From positions 186,001-211,584 of the forward strand of contig JAUGWO010000122.1 in the NCBI GenBank assembly GCA_049724395.1: a stretch of 25,584 bases of DNA. Direction: 5' to 3'. Shown in pieces: positions 11,221-23,162 of this stretch. The notes under the pieces were generated by a model that saw only the letters and a program-made list of their open reading frames with translations, searched no databases and was not told the origin of the DNA. The DNA is from Spongospora subterranea f. sp. subterranea. Lineage: Eukaryota. The translations under genes were made by a program, and so were the position numbers. The stretch's first letter is position 1, and every line of letters begins with the position of its first letter.

Positions 11221-12074
11221 GGTTGGGTACCCCCGGTGGGAACCACAGACTGTTTCATCAGATCTAATATTCCCCAGAACTGCATTTTGATCACAAGTAG
11301 GGATAGGCATGGTAGTGCACGGTGGAAATGCTCTGAGTCTCTTTATCCCATTATCACCAATTTGCGCCAATCTAAGAAACCTACCGGTGCGGTCAATGCT
11401 GTCCTTGCTGTGTAGTTATGTGTCGACATTTCATATGTCATATGATTGTTTCGAGGAGGTTGTTAGTCAAACGTGCGCTGCGCCTGATTCAACAAACCCT
11501 GAGCTTTGCGTCGTTGATGAAAATCACTTGCCATTTTTTCTCTCTTGAAACAGGCAGCATTAATGAGGAAGCTGGTCGCTATGCAAAAGACGATTTTGAC
11601 AACGCAGGAGACGCCAGAATGAGGACATGGTAATTGAGTCCTTCCAGTTGACAATGGAGGTGTCATCACTGCACCAGTTGTGACCGCGAATGCATGCAGC
11701 AGATTGGGCAGACCTGGGAGCCAGCTTGGTCGGTACTGTATCACACGATTCGTCCACCACGTCGCATCTAGTGGTGCAACGCCACCAGGTCATCGAAAAC
11801 ATCTTGCTATGGGCAACAGATTGTTATTGTTGAGGCTGATGATGGAGGATAAACAGCATCAGAGAGACCTGGGATATCGCAACGAACGAGATTTTGAAAA
11901 GCCCAAGAATGGAAGAAACGAGAGAGGAAAAATGGATTAATGAAGAAGGATGGGCCATGAATCGACATTGGTGGTGATGATAAATTATCAGTTGCACAAA
12001 TTATCAGCAAAAGCAGGATTCTTGACAGTTTGTCGTTCGTTTGCTGATTTAAAATCGTCTAGAAATCTCTGACG

Positions 12075-12436
12075 ACTGGGATGCATTTAGTATGCATCGC
12101 ATCCAATGAAAGCAAGCTCAAATTGCGTTTGATAACCTGCGGGATCTGCCTCGAGCAAACCTTTTGCAGAAACACACACGTAGCATGCCAAACGGCCAGG
12201 TTCGGAAAGAAAGCTCCGCTAAGCGCTGTATGAAATATGTTTTCATGGGCTTCAAGCCTATTCCGTTTCTGGTTGTTTTTCCTTTCTTCCCAAACCTCGC
12301 CGTTTGGCATTGTACGTGTGTGCTTTTGCAAAAGGTGTGCTCGAGTCAGAGCCTGACCCAAATCTCGCAGGTTATCAATCAGCGATATGAGCTTGCTTTC
12401 ATTGGGTGCGATGCATACTAAATGCATTCGGCCAGT
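12075..12436. mobile_element. Fold-back / MITE-like element with long imperfect inverted repeats
   Basis: 12081-12213 is the imperfect reverse complement of 12282-12427 (e.g. atgcatttagtatgcatcgca / tgcgatgcatactaaatgcat; ccaatgaaagcaagctca / tgagcttgctttcattgg). The spacer is ~68 nt. No TSD was identified, so the mobile-element call is inference; the inverted repeat itself is certain. Confidence 0.75.
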
Positions 12437-15400
12437 GAAAAGGGACATATTTTTTTTTCTGTAGGCCAACAGGTCATTGGCTTGCTGAACACGATAGAGC
12501 TGTAATTGCCCTCAATTCCAACTTCGCATCCAAACAAATACTACCGCGCTATTACCAATCTCGAAGTCCCCTTCCATACCACAAACTTGAGGTCAACTCC
12601 AAAAAAATCCGAGTCAAAAACATCATACCAAATGTAGAATTTGAATAAGCTGTTCGCATCACTTCGTAAGGATGGTATTTGGGTTGGCGATCGGCTGGTC
12701 ACTCCATCTGGCCAGTTCGAGATAGGAGACGTTTTTGATTTTTGTGGAGATGTTATCATGGACCTCTGATATCTGAAACCTTTTGACGGCCCGTCATATC
12801 CTGTTCATGACGTTGAATCCGCAATCGATGAGCCTTAAATCACCCGCAATTGCACAGCGTTGGTCTCATGCAAATGTTTTATGGGTTTTCTGCAGAACAG
12901 GTGTTTCACATGATCGACATGATGGACACAGTGTTTCCGAATCATGTTCCCCATATCACGAAGCCGTATACCGAGCTTTCCAATTCTAAAGCTTTGTTTC
13001 CCAGTGGCGATCTTGGACAAAATTAGAAGCCAAGGCTGATAGACAAACCGAGTATGTGGGGTTTTAGGGGCTTATTATATATATTTCACATGACTATGCT
13101 GACTCCATCCTTCTTTGGGCATAAATTGAGCTTTTAGCGGCCTCTGCAGTCAAATCCTGATAAGAGCGACGTGTGGCGTCCTTGGACCTTAGACCGTTGA
13201 GTTCCTGCCACGATTACCCTATCCAGCGGTACATCTTGGACGGCCTGGGCGGATGCGTTCCCGGCGGTGCGTTGCTTTGAATTGTCGACAGCACAGGTTC
13301 TCGCATCTCGATCGAGCACTGGTTCAGAGCTCGAACATATATGCAACCGCGCGACAGAGCATTGTGCTGATTCTTCCTGCAGACCACTGCAAATGATTCC
13401 CAACCAAAGCCTGTTCTCAACGATAAATTCCCACGAGAAATTAGAGGATTGCCGCAAACGACAAGACAACTAGACGCGTCGTCATCTAGTTAATTTGTTT
13501 GCGATTGCAAATTTTGACAGATTGAAACAAACCGTTACCGCGCTTTTTATGGCTAATCGATTCCTAAAACGCCTTTTGTTGTCAGTTGTGAATGGTTGCG
13601 CCGTCCTGTGAGAATGGTGTCCCCAGATATGATCAACCGATGAACCAGGCATCGGTTGGGGCGACCAACGGCAATGGGACTCGGAGGACACGATCGATTT
13701 CCGTCTTCACCGATCGGCTGGTCACAGTCGACTCGGATTTGCCGAATGTCGCGATCCAATCTTCGTCATCAGCGAGCGACAACGGTTTCGTTTGTGAGAC
13801 ACTGATTCATCTGATTGCCGATTGCTGAACCGGCGAAGACGGCGTCGCCGCAAACCTCAGAATGGCAACTCTTTTGAGGACAACGCCAATATCGCATGAT
13901 TCGTCAGCACAATCAAATCACTATTGGGCTCCGAATCTCGAAGTTGCCAACACTTCAGCGCCATACAATATATTATACACTTTGGGTGGTCGATTGCGCC
14001 CCTGCGATTGTTCCAAATACTTTAGGGAAAGCCCTAACTCGGAAAGAAAACGGTCATTTTGCAATAAATACCACCAGAATGGAACCAGAATACCTGCCCC
14101 CGAACGGCCACAAATTAGGCAAAGCAGTGTTGGCGCCAATGTCGATCTCGTCGTTCTGAACGCCAAGGGAACTCGATCACTAATTCTTAAACTCTGATCC
14201 CGACACATCCAGTCGTGAATATATTACGTCCGATCATTACGACCTTCGCCCGCATAAAACCAGAATATACAACCGACGCTGCACAAACTTCTAAAATCCC
14301 AAAAAAGGAACGGAACAGCACCCGATTTATAATTGTTTACCTCCAATTTCACACAGTTTATCTCAATACCATCGTTATCCTTGCTTTTTCGTGCTATGGT
14401 TTTCCCGTTTTCGGCGCTGTCCATTTGCGTCTTCAGATATGCTCAACAACAATCGCATCGCCCTGCAACGGTGTAATCACTGATGCGTCTGTGGAGATCG
14501 GTTCCTGTCAGTGATGGGTGTTTTTTCATAATCATCACTCACATAAAAAGAAGGGGATTTTGCACGATTTGAAAACACGATACCATTTTGTCATGATAAA
14601 CTCATTTACCACATTTCGAATTTGACAAACAAAGAGAACAACCACCTATTTTATCACTGTGGAAAGGTGCCCATGTTGTTGCCGAAACGTTTTTCAAAGC
14701 AGGTATATAATGCAGCAACAGCGATCGCTTGTCGGGATCATATGTCAATCGAAGCTGCTGCAATGAGCGACATATCTTTTCAAGCGCACCCCTTTCACCA
14801 GACTGCAAACACGGGCAAAATGGTTTTCACACGACAACGGTCAGTTGATCGGGCGAAAACTTCCTTTTTCAAAAGGAGTGATGATCTTGGAACACTCGTC
14901 GCTCACTGGACCCGCTAAATCGCCACTGACGCATGCCTCGTCGGTTAAATCCCAATTCGCCAATTTGAACTGCAAGGCATCATTGTTCCAAGACCCAGGG
15001 CCGTTGTGACTTCCCCAAATTAGCGTCCCGTTAATGCTTTAATCACCAAAACACAATACAGCCAACAGTGATTATGTATGATTCCACATGTGTACAAGGT
15101 AAGATCTGAAGCCCCTAATCGGTTGTCCAATGCATGCTGTAAGCCGACATTGCTGAGTTGTATTATAGCTTTGCATTGATAACACCAAACACTTCATGAA
15201 GACTTTCTTTGCGTTTTGTTTTCGTTTGTTAACTCATCCATCTCCGTTGTGCTGATTTCACAGGATCGAGCTCGTGTCAACTTTTTATGCAGTTTTCATG
15301 GTGTCCGTCTGCGCCGATAGCTCGACGGGAACAGATACTCGAAGCGGATTTTACATCTTCAGAACGTCAATTCTTTAATCCAGAACTATCGCATACATCC

Positions 15401-18400
15401 GTACTTCACAAAAAAGATGTTGGAATTTACCGTAATGGGAAGATGACAGAAATGTGTGAAAGAGGGAAAGTCCCGTCAGACATCATCCCGCCCATCGCAA
15501 GGCAGAGTCATGATTCGTAAAAGCAAAGGCCAGGACTGATGATGTTATTCCCGGAAGAGTTGTAATGCTGATGACGTCTCCAACTGCAGCAGTAAGGGCA
15601 ACGACGCTGATAATGTTCATAATTCGTTGATACACAGGTACGTCATATCGCCCTTTACAACAAGCATTTATAATTTTTAAAGTTTGTTTTCTTCGAAATC
15701 AGTATAGACAGAATGGTTGTGATGTTTGTAATAAAATGTGGTTGACAGAATAATTCTTGGTGAAATTGACTGTGGGTCAGCTACAAGGCGATGTAGATCC
15801 AGCTGTGGAGCGTTAATTATGTTTTGAACGGATATATGATTTATAAGGCCATGAAAAATGTATTCAACTTTGCGCTGACCGATTGAATTTAAAGAACTGA
15901 ACTGAGAACATTAAGGCCTTAACACTGTTTGCTTAATCCTGCTGTCAACGAATCGGAGTTTTATTCGTTGTATTTCTCCAAACAAAAAAAAATATCAAGA
16001 TGCCTCATCATATGGGCCGACAACTATTGATACGGGGGACTGGGTTCATGGGGAAACTCAGCTAAGGATGACACTGCTGTTAAACTCTGTAGGGACCTGT
16101 AGGAGCATTGATCGACTTTTGTGCCCAAACACATGTTCACACTTTAGCTGGTTGAGTTCGGAAATATCCAGTTGACAGCTCCTACCGGAACTGGGACCGG
16201 AGAAGATACAGGTGGCTGTTGTACTGGAACAGCTCCTGGCGACACTATCGTCAATGCCTGTGGATTTGTCCCAATTGTAAGAATTACAGATGACGGATGA
16301 GTTGGGACCGCTGCCACCACCTAAAAATCTATTCAAGACGACGCGACCGCCGCCAACCGAGTACTTACCGGTATATGTGGTGAAGCGCCGCCGATGGTGG
16401 ACGGAACATGAACCTAATATATGGCCATGAAGTTGGAAACAGTCTTGGTGAATAGAGGAGTTGCTCCTTACCGAACTCAAATTTTGGCCCAACGCCAGAG
16501 ACGGTTGGCGGACTAGCTTGCTCCCATCTGGATCAAAATGGGCATGGATCAGCAAAACAATAATCAGGATGAAGTAGACGGAGAAGACGATGTATATGAA
16601 GATGATGGTGCCGGTCACCGCTGATATCAAACTGCTAATAGTAACCAGAACGGCGCTCATCACCATTCCAAAAAATGGACGACAGCTCAAGCCTGGACGC
16701 ATTGAACGGTTGTAATTGCGGCCGTCATTATTCGGTCGGACAACACGGTAATGGACTCAATCAGCATCACAGCCATCTTTGAGTCTCATGTCATGGGACC
16801 AATCAACAAGTGATGCTTGGGTACTTGGGTACTTAGACGTTGTCCGAACAGAGAATTTTGCCGAGTTTGGACGGTACGATTGAGTCGGAAAGTGATACCG
16901 TACTTCACAAAAAGAATGATTAACAAAATAATTACTCTCGAGCAAAAAGCTGCACCTTTTAATACTAAAGTGATTTTCCGACAACACAAAAAACACTAAC
17001 CGATGGATGTATAAAATTTCAAAATCTATCAGTCTTTATTATACCACCGCTCATCGTAGCCCAGCTCCACTGAAGAACATTCAGAAATTCTCTGAGTCTC
17101 AGAAGATTGCCGGAGAAGTGCACACATTGCCCTCATAGTCATTCAAATCGAGTCTGGTCGTCATCATTCTGCGAATGAAGCGAATCTTGCTACAATAGCC
17201 TCAAAACAGGAATTGGTAGGGGAGGCTCAAGAAAAGTGTTGGAAGCGACAGAGCAATGTGGAGGACGTCTCATGTCTGGTTCGTCGTGAAAGGTTTCCAC
17301 AGCTTCGTCGTTAAACCGTAAACTCGAGGAGTAGAGGCTTCGTGTTCTGTGGAAACCTGTCCCAAAACATCATTCACCCACCGAATCCGACGAAAAAAAG
17401 ATTCATATTGCCGACAATCGTGTTTCGGTACAAACCGAAATTGATCGTTTCCTGGATCATCCCATTAACGGTAGACATCAGCAACGCATAGCAAGCGAAA
17501 CGGTGTCTAGCGTTCCTGAGACAGATCGAAGACAACGAGACGAATGGATCGACCCCTCTGGTTAAGATGCTCAATCAGAACCTGTTTGGGAGTGCAGGGG
17601 CGAAATATTAGTTCATCGCAATACGATAGAAATGGCTTCATCAATAATGGACGTTCAATGCGCCTTGGGTGCTTACAATATTGTGGATATGCCTAACGTT
17701 CTTGCATTTGGTGACAAAGAATATTTTTCTAGCGGCCACAATGTTTTCAAACAACTCACATTTTTTGTGGAGCAATTTTCATTGACAATTGCGCACTGCA
17801 TTATGATGGCTTGAAAAAGACCAAACTGCTGTGGGGTCAACCAGATTTTCAACCTAAAGGATTCCATGTTTCCAGATGCTGGTAAGTTAACAGCGACCCA
17901 GGAAGGCTTGCAATGAAAACTGTTGAAGAACGTCTTCAACATGACGCTGGTGATTCTGAGTCTGACAACACCATGAAGGTTATGAAAGGAATCTTGATGT
18001 CAGACGACGATGATGTTGACCCATCCAGATTCTTACCTAACCAGATAGGCTATGCAGATCTGTTCCGGTCAAAAAGCCTGACTTTGTAAAAGACAATAGC
18101 GCATCTGGACTCAAAAATAATAAAGATTTGACATTTAAAAGAAGCCAACATCGATATGCCAAAAGACTTTCCATTCAGAGCGTTTGGGCCAAAGGAATCA
18201 CACCATCATGCGTCGCATGCAATACCTGGTTCACCCGCGGTCAAAAAAGACTTGTTGCCAATCGTATCATATGCTTCAAATAGAAGAAAAGATGGGACTA
18301 CAACATCATCAACGCCGCAAAGAACTGGTCCCAATGCAGTTCAGTTCATTTGGAAATATGCCTGTCCAAGGCTTTAACCCAGGATGAGCGGAAAGAGGTA

Positions 18401-18607
18401 GCTGGTCTGTGGCCAAATGAGCCGGAAATGTGAGACCCGATCCATAATCAAAAGATTCTCAAATCATCAAAGTGAACGCCACAGCAACAAAGGAAAATCT
18501 ACTTCTTTCCTCTCTCGTCGTTGGTTAAAGCCTTGGAGAAACATATGTGGGGGTGAATACAGCTGGTCTAATAGGCTCATTCATTGTATACCCAATATAC
18601 TTGTAGC

Positions 18608-19427
18608 GGTGAGGGGGAGGTAGGGAAACACATGGGAGTACACAGGATTACACGACACATAATAACAAATCAACATAATGGTGAGGGGGAAGTCGGGAAA
18701 CACATGGGAGTACACAGGATTACACGACACATAATAACAAATCAACATAATGGTGAGGGGGAAGTCGGGAAACACATGGGAGTACACAGGATTACACGAC
18801 ACATAATAACAAATCAACATAATGGTGAGGGGGAAGTCGGGAAACACATGGGAGTACACAGGATTACACGACACATAATAACAAATCAACATAATGGTGA
18901 GGGGGAAGTCGGGAAACACATGGGAGTACACAGGATTACACGACACATAATAACAAATCAACATAATGGTGAGGGGGAAGTCGGGAAACACATGGGAGTA
19001 CACAGGATTACACGACACATAATAACAAATCAACATAATGGTGAGGGGGAAGTCGGGAAACACATGGGAGTACACAGGATTACACGACACATAATAACAA
19101 ATCAACATAATGGTGAGGGGGAAGTCGGGAAACACATGGGAGTACACAGGATTACACGACACATAATAACAAATCACATGGGAGTACACATAATGGTGAG
19201 GGGGAAGTCGGGAAACACATGGGAGTACACAGGATTACACGACACATAATAACAAATCAACATAATGGTGAGGGGGAAGTCGGGAAACACATGGGAGTAC
19301 ACAGGATTACACGACACATAATAACCAATCAACATAATGGTGAGGGGGAAGTCGGGGGGGAAGTCGGGAAACACATGGAAACACATGGGAGTACACAGGA
19401 TTACACGACACATAATAACCAACCAAC
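18608..19427. repeat. Minisatellite, 72-bp unit, 11 copies
   Basis: The unit ggtgagggggaagtcgggaaacacatgggagtacacaggattacacgacacataataacaaatcaacataat starts at 18608, 18680, 18752, 18824, 18896, 18968, 19040, 19112 (83-bp variant), 19195, 19267 and 19339 (with internal duplications). Confidence 0.98.
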
Positions 19428-19790
19428 GTCTGTATACCATACCAACCTCACACTACCCTTGTTCTGGAACAGACTGCTGAGCAAGGTATAGCGAAGGTCT
19501 TTATCACAAAAATATGTGTTTGTGCCCGGATGACGAGCCATCATCGTCTGGCCTAGCGTAGATATAAGTACTACAGACCTAACACAAATGTGTTGAACGC
19601 AATCACAAAAAAAAACGGACCTATCAAATGCAGAGCTAAATCTCAACAGGAAAGTTGAAATGGTGGGAGGGGATAATCGGGTATCTGAACCCTGGTGTAT
19701 GACTCGTAGAACCGTTCGTCTCATTCTTGACTCTGAACTCATCCTTGCCCGTTGGCGAACCGCCTTACTGTTTCGCCTTCCATTTCTCCA

Positions 19791-22063
19791 ATGCGTGTCC
19801 TCAACTTGTTGGGATTGCTGCTTGTGGCGACCAGCCCGACTCGATCTGTGACAACCGAACCTGAGCATGGGGGTTGGGGCGAACCGCTTGGTTCAGGTCA
19901 GGCCAATGCCTCCACAAGGATGGCCTCCTCGACTCTCACGGTATGGATGACGGAATCTCGTTCCACAAAGAATTGCCAAATTCTAAGAGCATTGGTGTTT
20001 ACAGGACACAAAGTCGCAGTCGCAGGAGTGGGCGATGCCCAATGACGAGACCCAATCGTTCCACTTTCCATTATTCGACTATTCGAACTGGGAGTCAAAT
20101 TGGCTGCAAGGCAATTCCTTGTTGGAGTTTGATTTTTCCAATATCAATGGGGTCGACCAGTTTGGTGAAAGTTCTACGATGAATTTAGTTGTTCAGTCCA
20201 TCTTCACATTAAGATTTCGCTGGTTAAGTGCGTTTTTTAGGAATGGGACTCGAGTCCGGGTTCGAAACTTGACGCGTCCCATATCACTATCGGTTCTCAA
20301 CAGCTAAGACAAGAGGGCGAGAACTTCGATTGCCTTATCGATTCAAATCGAATTCCCATTGATTCGGAAAATTTGCCGTCAAAAGACTTTCGCGAGAATC
20401 TCATGCCTGATAGCAAAAACATGTCGCCGTCGCATGAGCGGGCAATGCCCCATGACCAGACCCAAGCTTTCAACTTTCCATTATTCGAATATCCGACTTG
20501 GGAGTCGAATTGGACGCAAGTCAATTCCTTGCTGGTGTTTGGTCTTTCCAATATCAATCGTTTCGACCAGTTTGATGAAAGTTCTTCGATGAATGTAGCT
20601 GTTCAGTTCATCCTCAAATGAAGATTCGGCTTGTTAATTGCGTGTTTAGGAATTTGACTCAAGCTCGTACTCGAAAATTGACATGTCCCATATCAGCGTC
20701 GATTCTCAACAGTTGAGCCAAGAGGGTGAGACCCTCGGTTGCCGTATCGATCCATATCGAATTCCTATTGATTCGGAAATTTCGCCGTCAAAAGACTTTG
20801 TCGAGAATTTCGTGCCCGCTAACAGAAACTCCCACCAGTTTGGTGACAGTTGTTCCAAGAAACTTAGCCGTTCAGTTCATATCCAAATTGCGTTTGGGTT
20901 TGCTGAGTTCGCCTTAGGATTGCAACCCGTGCACGAGTTCCAAACGTGATCCATCCCGTATCAATATTGATGATCACCAGTCAATTGAAAGCGAAGAGGT
21001 CAAATCTTTCGATTGCCGCATCGAAAACACCGGGATTATTTCGAAAAACCAGCCCGTTGACGTTCGTGAGAATTTCTTGCCAGTAAGCGATTGCCGAGAA
21101 TTGTGGTTTCCAAAATCTGCTTATGGCGTACTAGGATGGATTTCCGCATTACACTCAAAAGATGGTTCATTTTCGTAATGCCAAGTACTTGCTGGGATTG
21201 AGAAGTCTCTGTCCGCTCTTAAACTGGGACCTGGATGAGGTCAAAGACTATGATAGCCTCAGTGTGTTTCTGGTCAGGACTCTGATTCCTCGCTCTGTCT
21301 GAGATTTGATGATTTGTTGATCACAAACGGTATCGTCTGCTTAGGGAAAGGAGACGAATCCTGAACAGGTCGAGTTTCACGACCGTGTCGCTATGATTCA
21401 ACACATGGAGCAACTGTTTCGCGGAAAGTCGGGGCGGAATGCCTTTGAGGTCGGACAAAACAACAATGAGGTTCCTGATCCAAGGCTAATTGCCAAGGCA
21501 ACCAGCACCCTGCAAAAACTGATCTTAATATCGAATTTCGTTTTGAAACTGATCTCTGGCAGAAACTCGGGAAGCAGTATTAGTCCTAAGGTGAAAATAT
21601 GTCTTAAACGCATTTGTATTCCCGTCCTTCAATGTCTTGTGAAATGTTGTCGCAAAGACATGCAACTGTTCCAGACACGTTGGGGAACACGATTCAAACA
21701 CAGTCGTTTTGGAGTTTTGTGCTGCCCCGGTCCTGGATCAAATCATAACACCTGCGGTTTTAAGATGACGAAAACTGTCAGAAACCCTGACTATAGGTTT
21801 TCAATTGCCTCTTTTTAGAAAAACTGATGAACATCTGTGCTTTCAGAGGCGAAGACTCCGGTTTATTGGATCTCAATGCTCTTGTTGTTGCTGTTTCAAC
21901 GTCAAAAACCGCAGAAGAAAAACTCAGACTGTGCTGTGAATTCAAGGAGAAATTCCAAATCAAGTGGCCCCATTGCTCGAAAAGTTCACCTTTCATATTA
22001 TATCAAGTCTCCGAAACCCATCTGGGGGTGTTTTGTTCATCACTGTGGCCAAAATACAAATGA
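19791..22063 (+). CDS. Predicted multi-exon secreted protein with an internal 120-aa repeat and a Cys-containing C-terminal region (candidate effector); 3' end uncertain
   Basis: ATG 19791 opens a signal-peptide-like start (MRVLNLLGLLLVATSPTRS). Stop-free, phase-compatible exons are 19791-19940, 20005-20190, 20241-20600, 20650-20874(?), 20918-21082, 21135-21272 (or 21239), 21345-21756(?) and 21819 onward, separated by 43-72-nt GT..AG introns. Coding-like sequence may continue to ~22490 in other frames. Confidence 0.65.
20021..21090 (+). repeat. Diverged ~410-bp tandem duplication (2 full copies and 1 partial)
   Basis: 20021-20430 aligns to 20431-~20829 (e.g. actttccattattcga, ttccaatatcaat, attgattcggaaa..tgccgtcaaaagacttt in both). 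A more diverged partial third copy lies at ~20835-21090. Confidence 0.9.
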
Positions 22064-22490
22064 GTGGATTCGAAAATGGGGCCTTGGATTCACACATGGG
22101 CATTTCAACACGCGGAAATGTCATGGCTTTGTGTCCCTTCCATGCGGATCGATCGACCGAAGATTTGATATTCCCTCAAGACATTCTCTTCGCTATAAAA
22201 CCACCCGAGATTTTCTCATAGCGCTTTCCGAAATTTTCGAACAGTATGATCAGTTCGTGATTACGAAAACAACATCAATGAGATCGCCTCATCCGAGTTT
22301 GACCTCTTTGGTCAAAAAATGCCGTGCTGTTGATAATTGTTTACATCGTCATTGCGCTGGAAGCGCTGACGAATTTGTTCGGAGATGGGGAGAATCAATA
22401 TGCTACAACAAGTTCAGTCGCAATTGCTGTCCTGGACCATGCAGAAAGGAATCTGATATCTGTCAATATGATTCTCGGTCATCCCAAGGT

Positions 22491-22612
22491 TAGACCAGTT
22501 CGAGGATTGGGTTTTCACCAAAACAAACAACACCATCGTTTTTATAATAATAAAAAAACCCCATTTTCAATTTTTGACCAAATACAAAATCCTTTCGAGG
22601 CTCTCACAGCGT
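22491..22612 (+). repeat. Diverged ~120-bp direct repeat, copy 1 (probable transposon terminus)
   Basis: tagaccagttcgaggattgggttttcaccaaaa...aaaaaaccccattttcaatttttgaccaaatacaaaat aligns with 23037-23155; 30 of the first 33 nt are identical. Confidence 0.8.
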
Positions 22613-22698
22613 TTAACGCTTTCTGACGCGTTTGTTGACTTCTGTGCTACACGACGCCTGTACGCAAGAGTCAAACACTCGCGGTCGACTAACAGACG

Positions 22699-22960
22699 TG
22701 TGACCAAAGTATAGTTCAAAGAATTCTGCATTTATTATTAGGATCCCACAGCCGTACGTCCGATTTACCCGGCATACGCTGCCCGTTGCCCGAATTACCC
22801 GGCAGGGAATACACTCCCCACGTTAAAACGACAATTGAGAGAAAAATGCTTAAACCAAACATGGGACATCTTCGGCGATGATTGTCGTGCGATTCCCAAG
22901 TAGCGTCGGAAACTTCAAAACCACGCCAGTGTACGAGAAGTTCTTGGGTATCATTCACTG
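22699..22960 (-). mobile_element. Ty3/Gypsy (chromovirus-type) 3' fragment: chromodomain, PPT-like tract and short putative LTR
   Basis: The minus-strand peptide QELLVHWRGFEVSDATWES fits the chromodomain pattern LVxWxGF...DxTWE. It is followed by GGGGAG (22819-22814) abutting TGTA at 22813, an AATAAA, and a ...TCACA end at 22699. The LTR limits are inferred from a single copy. Confidence 0.65.
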
Positions 22961-23036
22961 AATTGATACCCCGATCCAAGATCGCTTCTGGAAAAAACGT
23001 ATTGCCGGATAACGCAACATTTTTCCAGTAGCTTCG

Positions 23037-23155
23037 TAGACCATTTCGAGGATTTGGCTTTCACCAAAAACGGACGAACCAATCTTGTTCAGAACGTTAA
23101 AAAACCCCGATTTTGAGTTTTTGACCAAAAACAAAATGTTTTTGACGCTTAAAAG
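23037..23155 (+). repeat. Diverged ~120-bp direct repeat, copy 2
   Basis: Aligns with 22491-22612 and sits where the Copia RT homology stops. Confidence 0.8.
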
Positions 23156-23162
23156 TAAAGAC

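Larger units (their letters stand above)
9179..11333. mobile_element. PIF/Harbinger DNA transposon, 2155 bp, decayed, two convergent ORFs
   Basis: The left end GAGCACTTCCACCG (9179-9192) and the reverse complement of the right end GAGCATTTCCACCG (11320-11333) match at 13/14. A 3-bp direct repeat TGA flanks both ends (9176-9178, 11334-11336). The element encloses a Myb/SANT-like ORF and a Harbinger transposase remnant. Confidence 0.9.

Noticed and set aside
11340..12050. Coding-like fragments (GSINEEAGRYAKDDFD; LMMEDKQHQRDL)
   Set aside because: There is no consistent frame or splice model and no recognised family; probably decayed sequence.
16058..16702. 214-aa minus-strand ORF with a hydrophobic N-terminus
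   Set aside because: The hydrophobic run is the antisense of an acidic plus-strand stretch (DQQNNNQDEVDGEDDVYEDD) in a stop-ridden frame. It looks like the shadow of a decayed gene I cannot identify.
18608..19427. CRISPR array
   Set aside because: The units are head-to-tail copies with no unique spacers, there are no cas genes, and the context is eukaryotic.
18581..19491. Repeat-protein ORFs on both strands (GEGEVGKHMGVHRITRHIITNQHN and its antisense)
   Set aside because: A stop-free 72-bp unit produces these automatically. The 83-bp variant breaks the frame, and there is no synonymous variation or credible start.
19700..19900. Minus-strand gag-like motif (EGETVRRFA)
   Set aside because: It is a single short motif overlapping the better-supported plus-strand signal-peptide exon, with no other gag or pol features.
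20021..20830. Minus-strand protein with stops shared between both repeat copies, suggesting stop-codon reassignment
   Set aside because: The plus strand gives a stop-free spliced reading with a signal peptide, and neighbouring genes use TAA, TGA and TAG as normal stops.
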